Translations under genes and position numbers: made by a program
Part shown: positions 22,142 to 31,104 of the stretch, piece after piece
Layout of the letters: each line of letters begins with the position of its first letter
How positions within the stretch are numbered: position 1 is the stretch's first letter
NCBI GenBank assembly: GCA_965205675.1
Contig: OZ242186.1
Span: 544,001-608,000 of the forward strand
DNA from: Nitrosopumilus sp.
Lineage (GTDB): Archaea > Thermoproteota > Nitrososphaeria > Nitrososphaerales > Nitrosopumilaceae
Length of the DNA stretch: 64,000 bases
Direction: 5' to 3'
Notes under the pieces: generated by a model
Databases searched by the model: none
Told to the model about the DNA's origin: nothing
The model's input: only the letters and a program-made list of their open reading frames with translations

Positions 22142-23262
22142 TAACCATAACCATATGTGCCAAAATCAGCTAGGAAATTAGATGGTACTTGCATTCGTGC
22201 CAAAACTCACAAGAAGACTAGAACTGCCAACAAACACATTACCTTACCTACCTGAAAGAAAATATTTGATGTTTGTAGGATTGGATGGTCACAAAAACTC
22301 TGTATAGGTTGCAGCAATAGATAATATTGGCAAATTATTATTTAACAAAAAGATTTCCAGTGATTTTTTTGCTATTGATAAAATCGCGGCCGAAATTCCA
22401 AAGAATGCAAAATATGTCCTAGAGTCAATTATCTGTCTGGTATGGTTTGTACAGACACATGACAGGCAAATTACATCGTGATGTTGTATTATCAAATCCA
22501 TACAACACAAAGATAATTGCTGCATCCCTCAAAAAGACCGATAACATTGATGTGTATCAACTTGCAAATCTGTTACGAGGAGGGTATTGCAGAATTATTT
22601 GTATCAGATCATACTATTGTGTAATACAGACAGCTTGTAAGACATCGACACAAGATTATACGCGTTATTGTAAAGATGAAGAATTCCATACATGGCATTA
22701 CACTACAGAAGGGAATCCATATTAAAGCGACACCCTTCTTCTCAACACATACGAGCCACTTGGAAATCTGAAAAGTTACAGAGTAGACTCGTATCTGCAA
22801 AGCATAGGATTTCACAAAAAAGAGGTTGCAAAAATAGATTCCATGATACGCCGTATGGTGATTGGAAATCATGATGTGCATATTTTGACATCAATGCTTG
22901 ATGTTGGACCCTATACTGCATTGACCATATTTTCAGAGATTGCAGACATTGAGAGATTTGCTGATTCCCACAAACTGTGCGCATATGCAGGAGTTGTTCC
23001 ATCAGGCGTGAAATTCTGCAGATACAATACACCATGGCAGTATAACAAAACGAGGAAGCATGACATTGAGATAGGTTCTAACAGAATGCATTCACATTCA
23101 TGCAATCCATGCTAAAAACAACGACATTACAAAATTTTATAATCGCATAAAAAAGAAGAGAGGGACATCAAAGGCTGCCGTAGCTTGTGCATCAAAGATA
23201 CTGCGAATCATATACTGGATGTTAAAGGAGAGAAGAGAGTTTGTGGAACATTATAGTTAGGA
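22142..23262 (+). mobile_element. IS110-family element, pseudogenised (copy A)
   Basis: FVGLDGHKNSV*VAA, KTDNID, GPYTAL..SEIADIERF..KLCAYAGVVPS; multiple stops and frameshifts; homologous to 26784-27888. Confidence 0.9.
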
Positions 23263-23371
23263 CTGCTTGTTCTATATTGATAATAAGGATCTTGTTTAGA
23301 ATTGATACAAAAGCTTACAGTTCCTATTTGGCTATTATTTCATATTATTATACTAAGATAAAGTAATCTGA

Positions 23372-23794
23372 TTATACTAGATGGTTAGAATTTGGAATTA
23401 CTTTGTAGATTTTTACAATATATTCTCCTTCAAAAATATTTACAAACTCTCCTGTATTGGAATCTAGGTTTCTTACTCTGAATTTGTATTCGTAAGATCC
23501 ATCTCCTTTTACATCTACTTGGGCAAAGTGTACTGGGTCTTCTCCTTTGTAAAATTGGATGACTACTGGATATCTTTCAGCATATTCTGATGCCTCTCCT
23601 CTTACAGTTCCCCATGGGAGTGTATTTTCTTTAGGTATTGTCATTACAGTTGTTGTTTTTTCCAAACTAATCTCCTCATCAATTGGAGTAACTGCAACTT
23701 GATTTGATTCTGCAACAATATCTTCTGGTACCATCATCATTCCTACTACTGCCATAATTGATACTACTAATAGAACACTTGATTTTGTATGCAT
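23372..23794 (-). CDS. Hypothetical exported protein
   Basis: Signal peptide; beta-rich domain (DGSYEYKFRV..GEY.VK). Confidence 0.75.
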   Translation of the reverse strand: MHTKSSVLLVVSIMAVVGMMMVPEDIVAESNQVAVTPIDEEISLEKTTTVMTIPKENTLPWGTVRGEASEYAERYPVVIQFYKGEDPVHFAQVDVKGDGSYEYKFRVRNLDSNTGEFVNIFEGEYIVKIYKVIPNSNHLV

Positions 23795-24400
23795 ATATCA
23801 TTACTTTCCAAAGCTACTTAAAAAATTTGTTACTAATTTGTTCTATTTTCATTCCTAGTTATGATGATTCTTCTTCTAAATCACAACATATTTTGTATAT
23901 CCGTTGATCTTTGGAATTTTTCAATATTTCTTTCCTGTTTTGATCGCATCTCCATATTTCTCGTCAAATCTGGCTTTCATGAATTGATTATGCTTTTCAT
24001 TAATTTTAATCAGGCTTTATTTTCTCTTTGAATTATTTTTCTTTTGATTACATATGTATAATTCTCCCTCAAAATTAATCCTTTGAAATCCAATCCAAAA
24101 TTTTCTCTTTCTACCTGTCATATTTTTTATGATTTTTTACAAAATCTTTGATGGTGTTCGATATTGAATCAGATTCAGATTTTTCCTATTTTTGAGAATT
24201 ATTTGGAGTAGGATTTTTCTAGATATTTCTCCCTCAAATTTTCTTTGAAATACGTCCATAGGGTTGGTTGGTTCTTCAGATTTTAATGGTCACTATGGTC
24301 TTACTCTCTTTGAAATTTGTATAATTGAGATGTTTTTTTATATTATTTTGTCTATTTTGAATATTTTTTTTCAGTTAGTATTTAATGATGTATATCTCTA

Positions 24401-25105
24401 ATGGATAGCATCATGGATGACTCTGCTGATGTTGTAGATGAAGTTAATGCATTACTCAAGCTTGGCGTGGGTGACTCGTATAGATTAGAGCATATCAAAC
24501 AGGCTTTTGTTCAAAACAAGATTATTTGGGTTACTGATGAGAATTATCTAAAACGCCTGAGAGAAAAATATCTTGTAAAACAAACCTCTGATATAGAATC
24601 TGATGGTGAAATTGTTTTTGAAAATGAACCTGAAGAAAAAGAAACCATCCATTGCTGGAAATGTGGTAAAAAAGGTCCGTTAAATGCTAATTTCTGTATG
24701 ACTTGTGGTACTTCAATATTTGAAATTGATGCCCCTTCTCATCTTATATCTAAATCAAATAGTTCTGGTCTTGTAAAGTCTATTCCATTAAAAATCCCCA
24801 TACTTGTAGGTATTCCGATTTTAATTTTAATAATTATTGGTGTAGGATATACTCAAGGTTATCTTGATAATGTTCTTGAGCGTTCATCCTCTAATGTAGT
24901 TCCCATTCCGACAGTTGTTGTAAATGATGGTGTTTCTTCTAGTAATGCTGATTCCCCATGTGGTCCTGGAACTGTGTTTGATTCTGTAACTAATTCTTGT
25001 GTCTTAGGAACTGCATCTACGTCTACTTCTAGTAATGCTGATTCCCCATGTGGTCTTGGAACTGTGTTTGATTCTGTAACTAATTCTTGTGTTTTAGATA
25101 ATTAA
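24401..25105 (+). CDS. Zinc-ribbon membrane protein with two extracellular Cys repeats
   Basis: CWKCG..NFCMTCG, TM helix, 2x SSNADSPCG(P/L)GTVFDSVTNSCVL. Confidence 0.8.
   Translation: MDSIMDDSADVVDEVNALLKLGVGDSYRLEHIKQAFVQNKIIWVTDENYLKRLREKYLVKQTSDIESDGEIVFENEPEEKETIHCWKCGKKGPLNANFCMTCGTSIFEIDAPSHLISKSNSSGLVKSIPLKIPILVGIPILILIIIGVGYTQGYLDNVLERSSSNVVPIPTVVVNDGVSSSNADSPCGPGTVFDSVTNSCVLGTASTSTSSNADSPCGLGTVFDSVTNSCVLDN
24936..25097 (+). repeat. Near-perfect ~72 bp direct repeat, period 90 bp, intragenic
   Basis: cttctagtaatgctgattccccatgtggtc(c/t)tggaactgtgtttgattctgtaactaattcttgtgt occurs twice. Confidence 0.9.
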
Positions 25106-25192
25106 CAATTATTAAAACAAATTCCACAGATTGGAGTGGACTCCTGTTTTTAGTACCACTTTTTGCATAATCTTACATACAGTCTGATTCAT

Positions 25193-26014
25193 TTATGTTT
25201 TCATCTCCCACAACTCCATAAACTCATCAGGTATAAGATATCCCAATGCAGAATGAATCCTGGAACCATTGTAATCGATTCGTGCTTTCTCTAGAGCAAC
25301 TTCGGCTTCCTGATAGTTTGCAAACTCGTACCTCCACAAGTATTCCTTCTTGAGTGTCTTGTGGAATGATTCGACATGTCCGTTTTGTTCTGGCGTGTGG
25401 TGCCAGATGAATTCGTGTCTTATTCCAAGTAGAACAACTGCTTTTCTGAAATCTCGGCTGTTGTATTGCGAACCGTTGTCAGTTCTGAGAATCAGTTTTG
25501 TGCAATCAGGCTTTGCAGTAGCTACTGCATTAATGATGCTGTCAATTGCAGTGCTCTTTGGAGCTGCCACATCAAATGAATGCCAAATCCATTTCCTGCT
25601 AAATGCATCAATCACGTTAAAGCAGTAGCACCATCTGTCAACCCCACACCAGACATATGTGATGTCTGTCTGCCACAACTGGTTTGGTGCATCAGGCTTG
25701 AATAATGTTCTGGCAGATTTGATGATGTCATTTTTGGTCTTTTTAGGCTCAATCCAGCCCAATTTGTGAAATATTCTTCTGATTTGTTTTCTGTTTACAG
25801 GCTTGTTCAGTTCCCTTGAGACTTGGGATGCCATGCGTCTGGTTCCATAAGTTGGCCTTTGTTTTCCAATCTTTTGAACTACATCAGTTACTGCAGGATC
25901 TGTCTGAATCCTTCTTGGTGACTTTGAGTAATACCATTTGGATTTTGAGACTCCAATTAATAACAATGACTTGTTCAAACTGATGTGTTTGTTCAGTTGA
26001 TTCACTGCAGTCAT
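25193..26014 (-). CDS. IS3-family transposase OrfB (DDE/rve)
   Basis: YGTRR, WQTDITY, RTDNGSQY, QNGHVESFHKTLKKE, RIHSALGY. Confidence 0.95.
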   Translation of the reverse strand: MTAVNQLNKHISLNKSLLLIGVSKSKWYYSKSPRRIQTDPAVTDVVQKIGKQRPTYGTRRMASQVSRELNKPVNRKQIRRIFHKLGWIEPKKTKNDIIKSARTLFKPDAPNQLWQTDITYVWCGVDRWCYCFNVIDAFSRKWIWHSFDVAAPKSTAIDSIINAVATAKPDCTKLILRTDNGSQYNSRDFRKAVVLLGIRHEFIWHHTPEQNGHVESFHKTLKKEYLWRYEFANYQEAEVALEKARIDYNGSRIHSALGYLIPDEFMELWEMKT

Positions 26015-26301
26015 CTTTTCTGGTTCTCCAACGTTTTTTTTAAAATGTCATTGGCAATTGTGATCTCGCCGATTAGTTTTTTGAGGGAATCATTTTCCTT
26101 TTGCAGATTCTTGCAGACATCTCCGTTTGGTGTGCCATTTAATGATGCCTTGCCACCTTCTACAAATCGTTCCCTCCATTGGTAGAATGTCTGTGGATGA
26201 ATATTGTACTTTCTGCACAACTCTGCAGTTGCAATGTTTGTGTTTAGTGACTCTAAAACCACTCTTGACTTTTCTGCTGATGTGAATTTGCTCTTTACCA
26301 T
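26011..26301 (-). CDS. IS3-family transposase OrfA (HTH)
   Basis: FTSAEKSRVV..AELCRKYNIHPQTFYQWR, leucine-zipper LQKENDSLKKLIGE. Confidence 0.93.
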   Translation of the reverse strand: MVKSKFTSAEKSRVVLESLNTNIATAELCRKYNIHPQTFYQWRERFVEGGKASLNGTPNGDVCKNLQKENDSLKKLIGEITIANDILKKTLENQKR

Positions 26302-26373
26302 GAGGGTAAGCCTCCCAAGTTATCTGAAAAGTGTATGTATGCTACCGGTCCTACTCTAGAGGGGACCAGACCA

Positions 26374-26593
26374 CATCCATTATTGCTACTTGAAGAAACT
26401 TCTTGTGCAGGTCAATACCCACAAACATGCCTTTCTTTGGATTTTTTCTAATCTGTTTGTTTGTAATCTTTTTTGGAGCCGAGTATTTACGAACCTTGGA
26501 ACTAGATTCATTTTTTATGCTATCTGATTTCCTTGCTTTCTTATTCACATATCCATGTGAATCCCTTTTAACTATTGTCGGTATTTTTGCCAT
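26374..26593 (-). pseudogene. 5' stub of a further IS110 transposase (copy C), cut by the IS3 element
   Basis: Basic N-terminal extension then MFVGIDLHKKFLQVAIMD, ending exactly at the IS3 end. Confidence 0.85.
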
Positions 26594-26629
26594 ATTAATT
26601 ACAGCTTACGCTAATACACTCATACTTTC

Positions 26630-26770
26630 AATCACAGATGAAACCAGACACATATCCATTCGGGGTTCTCCCCCAGTACCATCTTCATCCATTTATTAGG
26701 TGAAACCGCGGTTATAGTTTCGAGGTATTATGCATCCTCAATGTGAAAACGCGGCCAAACTCCTAACTGT
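26630..26770 (-). ncRNA. Candidate IS110 bridge/seek-type guide RNA
   Basis: Two consecutive stem-loops with large internal loops; G-U pairs favour the minus strand; lies directly 3' of an IS110 transposase. Confidence 0.55.
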
Positions 26771-26783
26771 AATGTTTTACAAA

Positions 26784-27873
26784 TTATTGATGACATTGAA
26801 TAAATTCTCTCCTCTCTTTTAGCATCCAATAAATGACACGCAATAACTTTGATGCAGCAGCAACTGCTGCCTTTGAGGTCCCTCTCTTTTTCTTAATGCG
26901 ATTATAAAATTTTGTAATGTCGCTATCTAGTGCGTATCTAACATGTGCATGAATTGCCTCCACTAGCAACCATCTTAGCATGGTGCTTCCTCTCTTTGTA
27001 ATTCTTCCGTGATGTATTGTATCTGCAGAATTTCTCACCGATGGAACAATCCCTGCATATGCACATAACTTGTGAGAATTTGAAAATCTACTAATCTCTG
27101 CAATTTCTGAGAATATGCTCAATGCAGTGTATGGTCCAACTCCAGGTGTGGATATCAAAATACACACATCAGGATTATCATTTACCATGCGACGTATCAT
27201 GGAATCTATCTTTGCAACCTCCTTTTTGTGAAATTTTATGCTTTGTAGGTACGAATCTATTCTACAACTCTCCAATTTTCCAAGTGCACGTATGTGTTCT
27301 GAGGAAAATGGTGTTGCTTTGATATGGATTCCCTCCTGTAGTGTAATACCATGTATGGAATTCTTCATCTTTACAATGATGCGCACAATCTTGTGTCGAT
27401 GTCTTACAAGCTGTCTGTATTGCACAATTGTGTGATCTGGCACAAATGATTCTGCAATACCCTCCTCGTAGCAAATTTGCAAGATGGTACGCATCAATTT
27501 TATCAGTCTTTTTGAGTGATGATGCTATTATCTTTGTGTTGTATGGATTAGATAGTATAACATCAAGATGTAATTTGTCTGTCATGTGTCTATAAAGGCC
27601 ATACCCGACAGATGATGACTCTAAAACATATTTTGCGTTCTTTGGAATTTTAGATGTAATTTTGCTAATAGCAGAAAAATCACTGGAAATCTTTTTGTTA
27701 AATAATAATTTGCCAATCTCATCTACTGCTGCCACCTGTACAGAGTTCTTGTGAACATCCAATCCTACAAACATCAAATACTTTTTTTCAGGAAGGGTAG
27801 TGTGTTTGTTTGCATTTCTTACTTTCTTGATACGAATGCAAGTACCTTCTAATTTCCTAGATGATTTTGGCAC
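26784..27873 (-). mobile_element. IS110-family transposase (copy B), split into two overlapping frames by a single frameshift near 27455
   Basis: DEDD RuvC-like: VGLDVHK, VLES, KTDKIDA; Tnp domain: PGVGP, AYAGIVPSVRNSA, ITKRGS..LR..LVEA, VAAASKL. Confidence 0.92.
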
Positions 27874-28018
27874 ATATGGTTATGGTTACCAGTACCTCTC
27901 TTGTCAATAGTTTTCATTTATCTATTAATTATGACTAATTGCTATTAGTTGTAATTAGTCAGCATGGTTCCACTTCCTCCTGCAAGATGCGGTGGGCTGT
28001 GCTGACTTTAAGAAATAA

Positions 28019-28243
28019 TCAAGGTTTCAAATAACATTGCAGAAAATCATCATACACCAAATCATCAACTGAACCAAACCCCATTGCCTCATAGTCACTA
28101 GGCCAGACACAGGGTCCTGCTGCAATACCGTAAATCAAAATGAAAATTAACCATTTGAAATAATACAATAACAGAATAGATACAATGATCAAAAAAGAAA
28201 AAAAGAGGATGCGTCTAGTAGTTATCATGCCAGGGTGTGCCAT
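28019..28243 (-). CDS. Small membrane protein
   Basis: 74 aa, hydrophobic N-half, two Cys. Confidence 0.5.
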   Translation of the reverse strand: MAHPGMITTRRILFFSFLIIVSILLLYYFKWLIFILIYGIAAGPCVWPSDYEAMGFGSVDDLVYDDFLQCYLKP

Positions 28244-28340
28244 TTTTTATATAGATTTAACACATCATCATTGTAAATAGATACATTGTTACGTTTGAAT
28301 CGATTTAATTTTTCAAATATCGAACTTTCCAAAACTGATC

Positions 28341-28493
28341 TCATCTTTTCATTGGTTTTACCAATCGTGGCTTGTTCCAGTACGGACTGTTGCATCCCCT
28401 GCAATTCTGCGGGATCTCCTTCGGAGTTGTCCATTTATGACCGCATCTCTCACACTTGTGATTCCATACTGTTATTTTCGTCTTCGTATTCAT
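28341..28493 (-). CDS. Small zinc-ribbon protein of mobile-element type (50 aa, absent from ORF track)
   Basis: MNTKTKITVWNHKCERCGHKW..PQNCRGCNSPYWNKPR. Confidence 0.75.
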   Translation of the reverse strand: MNTKTKITVWNHKCERCGHKWTTPKEIPQNCRGCNSPYWNKPRLVKPMKR

Positions 28494-28513
28494 GTTTTTT
28501 GATATAGTAGACG

Positions 28514-28670
28514 TCTTGCGTAATTACAAACAAAATCTTATCTTTCATTGAATTTAATTTCAAATAATCTCTGACATTCTTTAGAATTACATCAAACTAC
28601 TGTCTAGTCACTCCGGTGTATGCGAGAAATACCTTTTGGTTTTTTTGAGAGTTGCTTGTGTGTTGACATG
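28514..28670 (-). repeat. ~155 bp dispersed repeat, copy 1 (inverted copy at 31105-31259); probable IS5/ISL2-like transposase 5' remnant
   Basis: Shares tcttgcgtaattaca(a/g)acaaaatcttatctttcattgaatttaatttcaaataat; translates to LSKNQKVFLAYTGVTRQ*FDVIL. Confidence 0.7.
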
Positions 28671-28759
28671 AAATGAAGTAGATTATTCTTAGCTTTGGAT
28701 CTTGTTGTGAAGGAATCTGTGCTATATGGTAAAATATGTCTAATTGTGCAAGAGGTCTA

Positions 28760-29083
28760 TTAATTAGGGAAATTTGCATAAATATACAAAAATGATAAAC
28801 CTGTTATAACTAACAATACAACAAAACATCCAATAATAGACAAGCTAACCTTTACCCACATATGCATATGAGTTCGGAATCTCTCAGTTGCAACAAATAT
28901 CATAATGAGAGGTATGATAACTAACAATGCCCCTACAGGTAGTACAAACACACTCATAGGATAAAACACATCATCAGCCACCAGTGGTTCATGATCTATG
29001 AGGCTATCTTGAATGAAAATAAACAAAAATATAAAATAAAGAGACAAGAATATCAGAAAAACAGTTATTGTTGTAATTTTCAA
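28760..29083 (-). CDS. Hypothetical membrane protein (3 TM)
   Basis: 107 aa hydrophobic ORF. Confidence 0.6.
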   Translation of the reverse strand: MKITTITVFLIFLSLYFIFLFIFIQDSLIDHEPLVADDVFYPMSVFVLPVGALLVIIPLIMIFVATERFRTHMHMWVKVSLSIIGCFVVLLVITGLSFLYIYANFPN

Positions 29084-29091
29084 AAGTATTA

Positions 29092-29649
29092 TTATCTAGT
29101 TGATGATGCTCGTTGTTCTTTCACAGAATTTATTATAACATCAAGCATTTTTTCTGGTATATTTTTGTCAGAATCAACATTAACATACATACCATTTTCT
29201 AAAATATATTTACCATGCTGTAACCCAGCAACATAGTAATTATTACCGTAAATGCTATTAGGTTCTTTTTCACTAACAAAGATAAAAATTTCATCTCCAA
29301 CTACAAATGAAGGTGAATTCTTATACACCATATTATAATCATTATTTAATCCACCCAAAACCCTAACAGTTATTGTATCTTGTTTATATTTTCCATTGAA
29401 ATCACCAGGATGATTTGTATAATGTCTCATTGCAGATTGAAACTCACTTTTAACAATTGAAAAATTACCTGTAGAACCATCGACATTTAATTGATTTAGA
29501 CTTGTATAATGGAAATAAAAATCAGCTCTGCCATTTTCAAGAGTTCCACCTTCAGCAGGGGTAGCTGCAAAAGAATCTGCTGGAACAAAAATCAAACTTA
29601 ATAATGTAATGATTGAAATTGATAAGATTATAGAAGTTATATTTTTCAA
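29092..29649 (-). CDS. Hypothetical exported protein
   Basis: Signal peptide; C-terminal ITVRVLGG..PSFVVGDEIFIFV..GLQHGKY. Confidence 0.65.
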   Translation of the reverse strand: MKNITSIILSISIITLLSLIFVPADSFAATPAEGGTLENGRADFYFHYTSLNQLNVDGSTGNFSIVKSEFQSAMRHYTNHPGDFNGKYKQDTITVRVLGGLNNDYNMVYKNSPSFVVGDEIFIFVSEKEPNSIYGNNYYVAGLQHGKYILENGMYVNVDSDKNIPEKMLDVIINSVKEQRASSTR

Positions 29650-30414
29650 TAATATAGGAAAAAAAATACACTATTAAAATATTGAGATCATACTCAAATT
29701 GGGCTAATTGTACGACTCATCTAGTGAACCTCAATTGAGATACTCAAATGGTTCTTTAGATTATTTGTAATACAAATGAAAAGCAAAATTATTTTCTAGA
29801 GTATGTCAGGTAGGCACTTTCCCATCTACTGAGAATTGAATAATTCTTTGGGGTTGAAAATGAATTATAAACTGTGAACTATCCAAGTCAAATGTAAAGA
29901 ATCTTATTTTTGCTTGATACATATTTGACGTATGTATTCTTGAAGATCTGGGGATATAGAAATCTTCTTTCCATCTAGTATGACGTCGTTTTCTCGCATG
30001 TGTGCTATCCTTTTTTGGAGATATGTTTTGGAGATTTTTGTGTGTGCACTAATCTGAGATGTAGTGTGAATTGCATCGTGTACGGTACAGCACAAAGCAG
30101 ACACATCGTATCTGTTTACCTTTAGATTATACGTACATTTTATTTTATCTTGTATTTTTTTCCAACAGTCTACATCTTTATGATTTCTAGAACATATATG
30201 CAAAAGTATTGCATTTCTAATCATCGCAAATCCTGAGAATATGAAAAACATCTGTGCAAGTATTAAAAACAAAAGTATCGTATACGAATTCCAAAAATAA
30301 ACTCTGAGATCAAAGGATTCAGGATATGATTTGACTGATCGGTCATCTGATAAAATTATTGCAGATACTATGTTATTATCAGTGGAATCTATCGCATTAA
30401 AAACACACTTGATT

Positions 30415-30670
30415 CCAGGAGACATTCGTAAAAATTCCAGATGGAAAAGACTTAAGATCTGGTTCAGGTAATAAAAAACCAGATGTTGATAACGATATGG
30501 AAACAATAGCATTTGATAAATATCAAATAGTGTTGCCAAAAGGAGACCTACAAAAGGAATGGGACAAATTGAAAAAATACATGGACATCAAGCTTGAGGA
30601 TTACAAGTATGAAGAACCACAATCAAGTTTAGGTGAAATAGAAAGTATTGAAGAATCCCTAGAAGAATAA
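30415..30670 (+). pseudogene. 3' remnant of an unknown gene
   Basis: Startless open frame ETFVKIPDGK...EESLEE* ending 4 nt before the next ATG. Confidence 0.4.
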
Positions 30671-30674
30671 TCTA

Positions 30675-31102
30675 ATGTCAAAGAATAATTTTGTAGGTGC
30701 AACAGGAGCTTACTTTGTAGCAGGTGAACTATCCCGATTAGGGTATATTGCATTACTCGCAAATAGAAATGCTGTTGGAATCGGCATAATCGTTACAAAC
30801 CCTACTACATACAAATCAACAAACATTCAGGTCAAAACTACAGAAAAAAACCCATACTGGTTATTGAGTAAGAAAGACGAGGAGATACACGAAGACAATT
30901 TATTTTATGTGTTTGTGAAATTGGGTGAAAAATAGAATGCCATGTAATTCCAAATAATGTAGTTTCAAACAGAATAAAGAAAAACCATCAAGAATATCTC
31001 AATGCAAAGGATTCACGTGATAAGACTGCAACTCTTAGAAAGTTTGTTCTGTTAGAATCAGACAACTACCTTGACAAGTGGGAAAATCTGAAATTAGATT
31101 GA
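30675..31102 (+). pseudogene. PD-(D/E)XK restriction-endonuclease-like gene, frameshifted
   Basis: GATGAYFVAGELSRLG..IQVKT; frameshift in the A-run near 30930, continuing CHVIP..YLDKWENLKLD*. Confidence 0.65.
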
Positions 31103-31104
31103 TT

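Larger units (their letters stand above)
25132..26373 (-). mobile_element. IS3-family element, apparently intact (1242 bp)
   Basis: TG...CA ends, imperfect IRs TGGTCTGGTCCCC / TGGAGTGGACTCC, orfA + orfB; boundaries confirmed by the second copy at 47664-50321. Confidence 0.92.

Noticed and set aside
23850-24330. Imperfect repeats ttctccctcaaa..ctttgaaat (24060, 24225)
   Set aside because: Only two degenerate copies in probable decayed coding DNA; no interpretable structure
28225-28434. 69-aa ORF from the track
   Set aside because: Overlaps the better-supported Zn-ribbon ORF 28341-28493 in another frame
27900-29700. Integron-like cassette array served by the tyrosine recombinase
   Set aside because: Only one hairpin region, no repeated attC-like sites between the small genes, and the recombinase is 16 kb away
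29904-30539. 211-aa minus-strand ORF as a single gene
   Set aside because: The 5' third is antisense to a plus-strand gene remnant; only the C-terminal part may be a real HTH-like gene, and I cannot support it
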